Shown in pieces: positions 1 to 7,042 of a stretch of DNA of 64,000 bases. The notes under the pieces were generated by a model. The model made no database searches. It saw nothing but the letters and a program-made list of their open reading frames with translations, and was not told where the DNA came from. The translations under genes and the position numbers were made by a program. Numbering within the stretch: the stretch's first letter is position 1; each line of letters begins with the position of its first letter. The stretch is from a virus: IMG/VR virus record IMGVR_UViG_3300025133_000042, positions 32,001-96,000 of that record. One strand, 5' to 3'.

Positions 1-518
1 GAAGGACTGCCGTAATAGTGTGTCTCGCTAGCGTCCAGATCCTGATGAGAACGCAGTTCATGAATACGAACACCGGTGACCAGAGCAAGGTGGGGCTGCT
101 GGTTATACATAACCTCAACTAGCGTGCCGATGCCAAAACCCTGTTCGACCATGCTGCGAGTATATCGCTCGTGCTGACGCTTGATTGCTGCGGTCCAGTT
201 GACAATCTTTTGCTTGCGGTCTGGACAGGTGCGCTTTGTGTGACCAGGCTCGTGGCAATGAGAACACTTACGATTCTTGCCACGCTTGGCAGACACTTTA
301 AGCGCAGCCTTGTGGCTTTCAAGATTCCGCTTTGCATAATTGCGCTCCCAGTCGTCAGTAAAGTTGTCTTCTGCGATTTGCTTTTCGTAGCCAGCAATCT
401 GATCTTTGTGGTTCTGCGTCTTTGCCTTGCATGAACTCTTGTTGTGTCCCTGCTCATAGCAATAGCCGCATGTCACTGTGCGAACATACTTTCCATTCTC
501 ATCTAGTCTATAAGCCAC
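1..518 (-). CDS. Protein with two CCHC zinc knuckles (runs off the window edge; missed by the ORF track)
   Basis: GTG at 518 after GGAGG, open to position 1: MAYRLDENGKYVRTVT-CGYCYEQGHNKSSC...RK-CSHCHEPGHTKRTC, i.e. two C-x2-C-x4-H-x4-C motifs. Confidence 0.85.
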   Translation of the reverse strand, partial: MAYRLDENGKYVRTVTCGYCYEQGHNKSSCKAKTQNHKDQIAGYEKQIAEDNFTDDWERNYAKRNLESHKAALKVSAKRGKNRKCSHCHEPGHTKRTCPDRKQKIVNWTAAIKRQHERYTRSMVEQGFGIGTLVEVMYNQQPHLALVTGVRIHELRSHQDLDASETHYYGSP

Positions 519-587
519 AATACCCTCCAGTATAATTATCAGACTTGCATAAAACATAGCCACTTTTCTGGGCTAGTAAAATATATT

Positions 588-663
588 TGGTGCCCCCTGT
601 CCGGGTCGAACGGACGACCTATCGGTTAAAAGCCGAGTGCTCTACCAACTGAGCTAAGGAGGC
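588..663 (-). tRNA. tRNA-Lys(UUU)
   Basis: Cloverleaf GCCTCCTTAGCTCAGTTGGTAGAGC...CTTTTAA...GTTCGACCC...GGGGGCACCA, CCA encoded. Confidence 0.95.
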
Positions 664-672
664 GAAATGTGA

Positions 673-813
673 ACTGGCGAGGCCCAGCCTACGCCCCCAG
701 AGCCCGCATGACAGGATTCGAACCTGCAACCTCTAGCCTAAAGCTAGCGCTCGATCCTAGTGAGCTACACGCGAGATGGGCTGCGATGCGGGGAGTTGAA
801 CCCCGTCGCCAGT
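673..813 (-). ncRNA. Putative structured RNA enclosing the atypical tRNA
   Basis: 8-bp inverted repeat ACTGGCGA/TCGCCAGT (673-680, 806-813) closes a second T arm CGGGG-TTCAACT-CCCCG and a small GGC-TGG-GCC hairpin. Confidence 0.4.
703..774 (-). tRNA. Atypical tRNA-like gene, shortened anticodon arm, anticodon UUA (ochre-suppressor-like)
   Basis: Acceptor TCGCGTG/CATGCGG, D stem GCTC/GAGC, T arm GCAGG-TTCGAAT-CCTGT; anticodon arm CTAG-CTTTAGG-CTAG is 2 nt shorter than canonical; no CCA. Confidence 0.7.
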
Positions 814-849
814 GATACAACTATAAGAGCCGAGCGCGCAGAGTAAAGA

Positions 850-1170
850 CTAATCTTCCATTATCTTGCTAAGGGCTTCCAATGTCTTTTCCAAGACCTG
901 TAGCGCTGCGATGTCTTTAACGGTCTCAAGAGTGCTTGAGGCTGCATCATTGTGGAGCGATAAGAAATCTTGGGAACTCATCTGGGCCGGCTGATAGAAC
1001 TTGTCTTGAGAATCAGAACTTATAGAAGTGTTTTTCTCTTCTGCGTTCTTCCCCGCAGCCTTGTTCTGCTCTTGCCCTTGAGCACCGTTTGTGCCAACAG
1101 ATTGGCCTTGACCAACAGCGGCGGGGCGTATCATGCCGCTGGACGCGGGTGATACTGAACCAACTTTCAT
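850..1170 (-). CDS. Hypothetical protein, low-complexity N-terminus and helical C-terminus
   Basis: ORF; start moved to MKVGSVSP after AAAGG. Confidence 0.7.
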   Translation of the reverse strand: MKVGSVSPASSGMIRPAAVGQGQSVGTNGAQGQEQNKAAGKNAEEKNTSISSDSQDKFYQPAQMSSQDFLSLHNDAASSTLETVKDIAALQVLEKTLEALSKIMED

Positions 1171-1406
1171 ATTTTTGCCTTTTTCTCTTTCTACTAACCT
1201 CTTTTGTCCTGTAAGTGGTAAGTACATAATATAACTAGGCAAAAAATATGAAAATCTCTATACATATATGCAGGCAAGCATAAAATTATCTAATAACATG
1301 CATGATAAGCAACTACCAGCGCGACGAGGAGCACAACATCGATCATGAACCATTCTAAACTCGGGCGAAATTCTTTCATACAAATAACTAGATGCCGAAT
1401 ATGTTA

Positions 1407-1688
1407 TCAACTATCTTCTTTCGGTACGAAGTCAATATAAGAGCCAGCTTCAAATAAACAAGAATTTTTTTCGACCTTGCTTACAACCTGTAGTTGATCG
1501 ATCAAAAAACTCATTACCCTTTCTTCAGGATAAAGAAAAACGGCGACACACACGTTGGCCTCTCTTCGTATGACGAGGCCAATTTCATCGTATGGTATAT
1601 CTCGGATGTCAGCGGGGAGATTCCCAAGACTATAAGCAGAAAATCTTACTTTTACTAAATCACCAACGCATATTTCTTTTTCAGGCAT
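1407..1688 (-). CDS. Hypothetical small beta-barrel (SH3/KOW-like) protein
   Basis: ICVGDLVKV...GLVI pattern. Confidence 0.6.
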   Translation of the reverse strand: MPEKEICVGDLVKVRFSAYSLGNLPADIRDIPYDEIGLVIRREANVCVAVFLYPEERVMSFLIDQLQVVSKVEKNSCLFEAGSYIDFVPKEDS

Positions 1689-1706
1689 CGGCCGCGAAAA
1701 ACCTTG

Positions 1707-2270
1707 TCAAAAAATCTCCTCCGCATAAGAGACTTTTCTTGCATCTAACTTAATTTGCGGATATTTCTCTTGTAAGCGCCTAACGCAATCAACATTGGCG
1801 CGAGAATCATCTAAAAACAATATGTCTTTGTGACCTCTAAGAATCTTTTTCTCGATCCAGTCTGCTTTGGCTTGACTATCAGAATCATCCAAAGTAACCA
1901 ACTCTATCGTATTTGTCATATCGAAGCCTAAATCTTCTAAATATGTGATGATAGCCATTCGTGCGGCGTTCTGACGAGCGGTCAAAATAACAACTTTCTC
2001 GTCTGTACCAGCGTCACATGATTCTCTAAGCAAGCTGGTCACCTGTGTAATCTCGCGAGGGTTGACGACGTTTTCAAAATCTGAAAAATCGTACTCATTG
2101 CGCGAGTTTTTATTGTGAAGCTTAAAATCTGAAGTTGAAATATTTTCCTCGCGGCCATTTGGATAAGTTACGTTTACCACGCAATCTGTCTTGACCAGAG
2201 TGTCATCAAAATCAAATACGCACAGCTTTTCTTTTAGCTGGCGAGCTTTATAATTATACCATTTTCTCAT
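1707..2270 (-). CDS. HAD-superfamily phosphatase (PNKP 3'-phosphatase-like)
   Basis: Motif I VFDFDDTL, motif II ILTAR, Lys in AKADW, motif IV FLDDS. Confidence 0.85.
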   Translation of the reverse strand: MRKWYNYKARQLKEKLCVFDFDDTLVKTDCVVNVTYPNGREENISTSDFKLHNKNSRNEYDFSDFENVVNPREITQVTSLLRESCDAGTDEKVVILTARQNAARMAIITYLEDLGFDMTNTIELVTLDDSDSQAKADWIEKKILRGHKDILFLDDSRANVDCVRRLQEKYPQIKLDARKVSYAEEIF

Positions 2271-2286
2271 ACTATGAGTATAAGAA

Positions 2287-3144
2287 CTATTTTGTTGTGA
2301 GTAAAACTTCTTTTGCGGGCTTTGCTACAAAGCCGTTCTCCGTCTTCTTTCTGCGGCCGGCTGTGTAGGTTACATCAAAGTATTTGATCTTGTCGGCGTC
2401 CCATCGATCTTCAAAAAAATTATCGCCTGAATCGCGGTTGGATAGCCAGCCTGTTGCTCCTACTTCGCCACAATGTTGTAGGCAACCGATGACTCTCTCT
2501 TGCTCGGAATCATTAAAATCAGTGTTATACTGAGTAAAAGAATCGCGATAAGGAGGATCCATAAATACAAAGCTATTTTGACTTGCGTACTCTCTCACAA
2601 CGGGCTCAAAATCATTGCAAAAAATAACGGTGTTCTGAAGTGCATCATGCCACCACTTTACAATCTCTCTGTCATACACCTTGTCTTTCTGCTTCCCCAA
2701 GCCAAACGGAGTTCCAAATCGATTATTGGTGTTCTTGTTGATCTGCCAAATGCCATTAAAGGCCGTCTTCATCATAAAATAAAGAGTGGCTGCTTCCTCG
2801 GTTTTGGACCACTTTTCATAGTCATAAGCGTGCTCGTGACGAAGGGCATAAAACCAGATCTTTCTGTCAGCATGACTGAGAGGAAGATATTGCTTCTCTA
2901 GTTCGTCGAGCCTAAGCTGAAAGGACACAAGATTATGCTTTATTTCTCGATAAACAGAGACAATGCTAGGATTGCTATCGTTGATAATGAACTGTGCCTT
3001 TGGGTTCTTTTTATATGCCCAAATGAACATTGCTCCGCCTCCGAAGAAAGGCTCAATATACTTATCAAAATTCTCCGGCAAACAAGGCATATACTTTTTG
3101 AGCATTTTGTTTTTGCCGCCGGCCCAAATGAATAATGGCTTCAT
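2287..3144 (-). CDS. N6-adenine DNA methyltransferase, D12/Dam (alpha) class
   Basis: WAGGK, EPFFGGGA, IND, FNG, DPPY motifs. Confidence 0.95.
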   Translation of the reverse strand: MKPLFIWAGGKNKMLKKYMPCLPENFDKYIEPFFGGGAMFIWAYKKNPKAQFIINDSNPSIVSVYREIKHNLVSFQLRLDELEKQYLPLSHADRKIWFYALRHEHAYDYEKWSKTEEAATLYFMMKTAFNGIWQINKNTNNRFGTPFGLGKQKDKVYDREIVKWWHDALQNTVIFCNDFEPVVREYASQNSFVFMDPPYRDSFTQYNTDFNDSEQERVIGCLQHCGEVGATGWLSNRDSGDNFFEDRWDADKIKYFDVTYTAGRRKKTENGFVAKPAKEVLLTTK

Positions 3145-3677
3145 ACAATCTCCATGATCTGTTTAGCCACCTTATCAATATTGGAGTTTTCTCTATCAAG
3201 AATAGCGTAGTTCTCCCCAGCTAAAAATAAAGAAAATTCATCTTGGTAGTGCTGAGGATTGACCAAATACGGCTTCTTGTCCTTTCGTGCAACGTAGAAG
3301 GGCTCACCCGAAAACGTTTTACCCGCAAAGACCAAAAAGAAAGGTTGCGTTGGCGTATCGTATAGCAACTTTATTTTTTGCTTAAGTCCTGGTGATAAAT
3401 ACCTATACGCGCGCTCATGAGCATTGCCGCCTTTATTGCCTGTTTTGTTCTCAACAAAAAGATGTTTTCGCGTCTTTAAATTAAAAATACAGCAATCGGG
3501 TTTGATGCCCCTGCCGTCGTCATATATTTCAATTTTTTTAAATTTTGTCCTAACTTCATAAAAATCAGGCAAATGTGTTGCTATTTTAACAGCAAAAGTT
3601 TGTTCGCCTGCGGTACCTATCACCTTCGCGTGCGCGACCCAGCTAGAATTCCTTGCAGATAATGCTGCACTTCCCAT
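3141..3677 (-). CDS. MunI/EcoRI-family type II restriction endonuclease
   Basis: MGSAALSAR..W N-terminus, GIKPD...LFVENK (PD-ExK), GNAHER..Y.SPGL recognition motif; stop overlaps MTase start. Confidence 0.8.
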   Translation of the reverse strand: MGSAALSARNSSWVAHAKVIGTAGEQTFAVKIATHLPDFYEVRTKFKKIEIYDDGRGIKPDCCIFNLKTRKHLFVENKTGNKGGNAHERAYRYLSPGLKQKIKLLYDTPTQPFFLVFAGKTFSGEPFYVARKDKKPYLVNPQHYQDEFSLFLAGENYAILDRENSNIDKVAKQIMEIV

Positions 3678-3716
3678 AATAATCTCCTGTCTAGACAACA
3701 TAGGAATGGTCGCGTG

Positions 3717-4349
3717 TCAGTCAAGAACTATTTTGGAAAGAGCTTTAGCAGCCATGCGCTCTAATCGGCTCAATGATTTCAGGGTCTCAAGGCCTTCGGA
3801 GAATGTGAATGGCCGGCCTTGGACGCGCGTCATAAACTCTGATTCTTCGCCCATCTTGAGATTCCCAACTTCGATTTTCTGGTCTAGACCAGGAAATTCA
3901 CTATTGTTTGTGCCATACAAATAGGCGCCTTGACCACCCATGGGAATTATCAAAACTGAATCTTGACAGAACTTTTTGCCTAACATTATTATATTATTAA
4001 TAAAGTTTGAATCTTCCTCAAGGTTGACTACGATTAGGCTCTGCTCACCGACCTCGACGGCATCAGGGGTCTCAAAGTCCTCGATATAACTGCCCTTCGC
4101 CTTTGTTACTCCATACTTTAAAGACAGCAACGCAGCCTTTAAATTGCGATTTCTAAGCATGTTTGACCCCGAGATGCCCCCATGGTCGTCGGAAGCTGTC
4201 GGATCCGGGGAAGAGCACTTAGAGAGGTCAGCTGGGTCATCCCTGAAGGCAGTTATAACTGCAACATCAGTCTTCCCGATAAAATGGTAGACCCTCGAAA
4301 GAGAAGACTCATTGAGAAAGGACTTCCACTTTTCAGGCCCCGAACTCAT
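3717..4349 (-). CDS. Conserved phage hypothetical protein with WKxFLNE leader
   Basis: VITAFR...RN..L...G.Y.E...E.S...G.KFCQDSVL pattern typical of large myophages. Confidence 0.75.
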   Translation of the reverse strand: MSSGPEKWKSFLNESSLSRVYHFIGKTDVAVITAFRDDPADLSKCSSPDPTASDDHGGISGSNMLRNRNLKAALLSLKYGVTKAKGSYIEDFETPDAVEVGEQSLIVVNLEEDSNFINNIIMLGKKFCQDSVLIIPMGGQGAYLYGTNNSEFPGLDQKIEVGNLKMGEESEFMTRVQGRPFTFSEGLETLKSLSRLERMAAKALSKIVLD

Positions 4350-4621
4350 TGGGCCACCTCGGCGCGGCGCAGGCAGGCTTTCAGTGTTCTAATTTCCTTA
4401 CCGGCGTTAATAACTCTAACCTCATCAGTGCGATATTCTGTTTTAGACAGATCTGTGCCGCGCAGTAACTTTAAGTGTGCCATGGCAGAAATATATTTAT
4501 CGTCGCTAACCCAATCAATGCCGGCATATGACCAGCCATCTTCTTTAATTTCAACTTTCTTGATCACCCCGTATCTTCGGATGCCTTGATAGTCTTGAAA
4601 CACTACATCATCAATCTTCAT
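4346..4621 (-). CDS. Hypothetical protein
   Basis: Coupled ORF with 4-nt overlaps on both sides. Confidence 0.7.
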   Translation of the reverse strand: MKIDDVVFQDYQGIRRYGVIKKVEIKEDGWSYAGIDWVSDDKYISAMAHLKLLRGTDLSKTEYRTDEVRVINAGKEIRTLKACLRRAEVAQ

Positions 4622-5136
4622 TTTGTCTCCTTGCGAACTTCAATTGGCTCAAACCATACAACGATGTCTAAGCCTGATGTGTTATAATATGCACCCTTGT
4701 AGGGGGAGCCTTTCGGAAGTAGGCTCTCAGGTGGTGGGCCATATTTTGATTGTCTTGGCTTGTTGCCTAAACTTCTTAATATTCTATCATAATCTGGAGT
4801 GACTCTGTAGGGGGAAATAGACTTTTGTTTCAATTCCAGGGGATCTTCAGACAAATTATAAATCTGAGATGCAAGCACTTCAACAGAATACAAAGTTGCG
4901 CTCTGAGATACTTGATCTTCTGCTTGGTCTAAGTTGGTGTAAAAAAATATCCTTGGCATATCAGAAACATTATAGTCATTGCGAGAATAGGGTTGTCTTT
5001 TATCCAGAAAATACCCTGGGTCGAGAAAAAGACTTTCTTCGTCTGCGCCGGAAAAATGATACAAAGTCACGTTGCCAGATAAGCCGACAGACTCTACTAG
5101 GGTAAAATTCTTCCATTTTTTAAAAAGATCTTTCAT
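4618..5136 (-). CDS. Putative ADP-ribosyltransferase-fold protein
   Basis: TLYHFS...RIFFYTNLDQAE resembles the H-x-S / aromatic-T strands of ART folds; late motif upstream. Confidence 0.5.
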   Translation of the reverse strand: MKDLFKKWKNFTLVESVGLSGNVTLYHFSGADEESLFLDPGYFLDKRQPYSRNDYNVSDMPRIFFYTNLDQAEDQVSQSATLYSVEVLASQIYNLSEDPLELKQKSISPYRVTPDYDRILRSLGNKPRQSKYGPPPESLLPKGSPYKGAYYNTSGLDIVVWFEPIEVRKETK

Positions 5137-5149
5137 TCTAAATAAATAG

Positions 5150-5548
5150 TCACCCCTCGTAATGTTTCGCCTTTACATGTTCAGCAATGGGAATCGCCTC
5201 GCCATCGCCGTCGACTCTAACGAATTTAATGTTAGTCTGACAAACGACTCTCTCTGTCCCGTTATAGACGCTATATCTTCTAGCCTGTATACTGACAGTA
5301 CATGATGTTCTCCCAAAATTTACCAATTCGCCATAAATTTTAATAACTTGGCCGGGACGAACGGGCTTCAAAAATTCAACCTTGTCCATGGAAACCGTAA
5401 CCATCCTGGGCGTATCGGACAACTCGCTGGCAAAAGCCACGGCGGCCTCGTCGAGCCAAGCTAACATCAGGCCGCCGAATAAATTTCCGTGGTACCCACA
5501 GTCGCCCTCTTTGCACATATGTGTTGATATTAGTTTCATAGTATTCAC
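5150..5548 (-). CDS. HotDog-fold acyl-CoA thioesterase (YciA-like)
   Basis: HGNLFGGLMLAWLDEAA, VTVSMDKVEFLKPV, GRTS motifs. Confidence 0.9.
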   Translation of the reverse strand: MNTMKLISTHMCKEGDCGYHGNLFGGLMLAWLDEAAVAFASELSDTPRMVTVSMDKVEFLKPVRPGQVIKIYGELVNFGRTSCTVSIQARRYSVYNGTERVVCQTNIKFVRVDGDGEAIPIAEHVKAKHYEG

Positions 5549-5560
5549 TCAAATATATAG

Positions 5561-5634
5561 CGCGCCCGGCAGGATTCGAACCTGCGGCCCTCGGCTTAGA
5601 AGGCCGATGCTCTATCCAGCTGAGCTACGGGCGC
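5561..5634 (-). tRNA. tRNA-Arg(UCU)
   Basis: GCGCCCGTAGCTCAGCTGGATAGAGC...CTTCTAA...GGTTCGAATCC. Confidence 0.95.
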
Positions 5635-5639
5635 AGAGA

Positions 5640-5714
5640 TGGAGCTGGCGGTCAGATTCGAACTGACAACATTCACGTTGGCAACGTGACACTCTGCCAT
5701 TGAGCTACGCCAGC
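5640..5714 (-). tRNA. tRNA-Gly(GCC)
   Basis: Loop TTGCCAA, T arm GTCAG-TTCGAAT-CTGAC, ends TCCA. Confidence 0.93.
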
Positions 5715-5717
5715 AAA

Positions 5718-5816
5718 TTATAGTCCAAATAGCACAAAAATTACAGTACCAATGGTCAAGCCAATCATAATCCTTGTAAAGAACTTATCGCTTTCTAGGT
5801 GATGCAAATTATTCAT
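5718..5816 (-). CDS. 32-aa single-pass membrane peptide
   Basis: AAGGAG RBS; MNNLHHLESDKFFTRIMIGLTIGTVIFVLFGL. Confidence 0.55.
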   Translation of the reverse strand: MNNLHHLESDKFFTRIMIGLTIGTVIFVLFGL

Positions 5817-5831
5817 AACTTCTCCTTTTGT

Positions 5832-6089
5832 TTATTTAAAATCTGGTGTGGGGATGCACGTTTCAGGATCGATTGTGACCTGGCCTTCTTTGTGCGCGCT
5901 AACAAACCTCTCCGCTGCTTTCTTGTTGCGAAAATTAGTAAGGTACGTCATTCTTTCGGCTTCGCGAAGTAATACTTCGTAGCATCCATGGCGTGCATGA
6001 TTGATAATATAGTTACATACTTCTTTATTCTCTTTGAGTCTCTTAAAATTTCTAGGGTTCTTACGAAACTTTTTAGATCTGGTAGCCAT
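5832..6089 (-). CDS. Basic hypothetical protein
   Basis: AAGGAG RBS, ORF. Confidence 0.75.
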   Translation of the reverse strand: MATRSKKFRKNPRNFKRLKENKEVCNYIINHARHGCYEVLLREAERMTYLTNFRNKKAAERFVSAHKEGQVTIDPETCIPTPDFK

Positions 6090-6109
6090 ATTCTTCTCCT
6101 TTTCGTGAA

Positions 6110-6185
6110 TGGTGGGCTCTCTCGGATTCGAACCGAGGACTAACCGGTTATGAGCCGGCGACTCTAACCGCTGAGTTAAGAGCCC
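6110..6185 (-). tRNA. tRNA with CAU anticodon (probably Ile2, otherwise Met)
   Basis: GGGCTCTTAACTCAG...CTCATAA...GGTTCGAATCC...CCCACCA. Confidence 0.9.
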
Positions 6186-6189
6186 GGGC

Positions 6190-6242
6190 TGGCAGCCGAG
6201 GCGGGACTCGAACCCGCAAGCCCTAAGGGGCGACAGATTTTA
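6190..6242 (-). pseudogene. 3' half of a class II (Leu-like) tRNA truncated at the anticodon loop
   Basis: TAAAATCTGT-CGCCCCTTAGGGC-TTGCGGGTTCGAGTCCCGC-CTCGGCTGCCA; no 5' half upstream. Confidence 0.8.
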
Positions 6243-6303
6243 CTTTGTAACAAACCACCCTCAACTTGTGGCCTTGAACTCAATATTATTGATATTCACT
6301 CTA

Positions 6304-6465
6304 TCATTTATTTTCATTTCTTATATCCTCAGTATCAGTGTTGGGATCTTTATTCTTTTTAAATAAGTCCTCATTCGTTTCTGATTTACCCATCTTAAAG
6401 ACCATCGATATTACAACGAGCGTCCAAATATTTAAACATAAAAGAAAGCAGAGCCAAAACATCAT
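6304..6465 (-). CDS. 53-aa membrane-anchored peptide
   Basis: MMFWLCFLLCLNIWTLVVISMVF followed by a charged tail. Confidence 0.5.
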   Translation of the reverse strand: MMFWLCFLLCLNIWTLVVISMVFKMGKSETNEDLFKKNKDPNTDTEDIRNENK

Positions 6466-6494
6466 TTTATAAAGTATAAGACATATAAGTTACT

Positions 6495-6580
6495 TGGTAG
6501 CCTCGGAGGGACTCGAACCCTCAAGTCCATTAGGACGTCAGATTTTAAGTCTGATGCGTATGCCATTCCGCCACAAGGCC
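6495..6580 (-). tRNA. tRNA-Leu(UAA)
   Basis: Loop CTTAAAA, long variable arm, ACCA end. Confidence 0.93.
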
Positions 6581-6605
6581 AAAATGGGCGCAAAGCGCCC
6601 GCGGG

Positions 6606-6947
6606 CTAAGGAACAAATGGTGCAGGAATAAATGCAGCAGAAAAAGCATCCGCGCCGAAACGAGTGGGATCCTCGTCTAGCGGGGGCTCATCTTCTTCAT
6701 TAACATCTGCAAATTCTTCGACGTCAGGCAAAACAGCCGACGACGCGTCATCACTTAGCTGCTCCGAATCCAATGTAGAAACATCTTCTTCAGAGTCAAC
6801 ATCCAAGCCCAAAACTACAGCATCAGACTTGCCCACATTCGACACAATGTCAGGCGTGGGTTCTAGCACAACGACTTCGCTGGGGTCGCTGCAGCCAACC
6901 ATAACCAGCATCAATACCGGCATTAAAAATACATTCTTCATTAACAC
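6606..6947 (-). CDS. Acidic lipoprotein
   Basis: Signal peptide with lipobox-like MVG-C, then D/E-rich region. Confidence 0.7.
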   Translation of the reverse strand: MLMKNVFLMPVLMLVMVGCSDPSEVVVLEPTPDIVSNVGKSDAVVLGLDVDSEEDVSTLDSEQLSDDASSAVLPDVEEFADVNEEDEPPLDEDPTRFGADAFSAAFIPAPFVP

Positions 6948-6969
6948 TCCTTTTAAAGATAATAAAAAA

Positions 6970-7042
6970 CTGCGTAGACAGGACTCGAACCTGTGACCCG
7001 GCGGCTAACAGCCGCCTGCTCTACCAACTGAGCTACTGCGCA
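6970..7042 (-). tRNA. tRNA-Asn(GUU)
   Basis: TGCGCAGTAGCTCAGTTGGTAGAGC-AGGCGG-CTGTTAG-CCGCC; unusual G38. Confidence 0.9.

Noticed and set aside
119-457. ORF-track entries 119-457(-) and 171-434(+)
   Set aside because: They overlap the zinc-knuckle ORF in other frames; that ORF has the RBS and motifs
673-845. Full tmRNA gene
   Set aside because: Has a tmRNA-like T arm and GGGGGCG, but no tag reading frame, no G3-U70 acceptor pairing and too short
4350-4363. GCCGAGGTGGCCC as the missing 5' half of the truncated tRNA
   Set aside because: Lies inside coding sequence, and has no anticodon-stem strand complementary to the 3' half; likely chance
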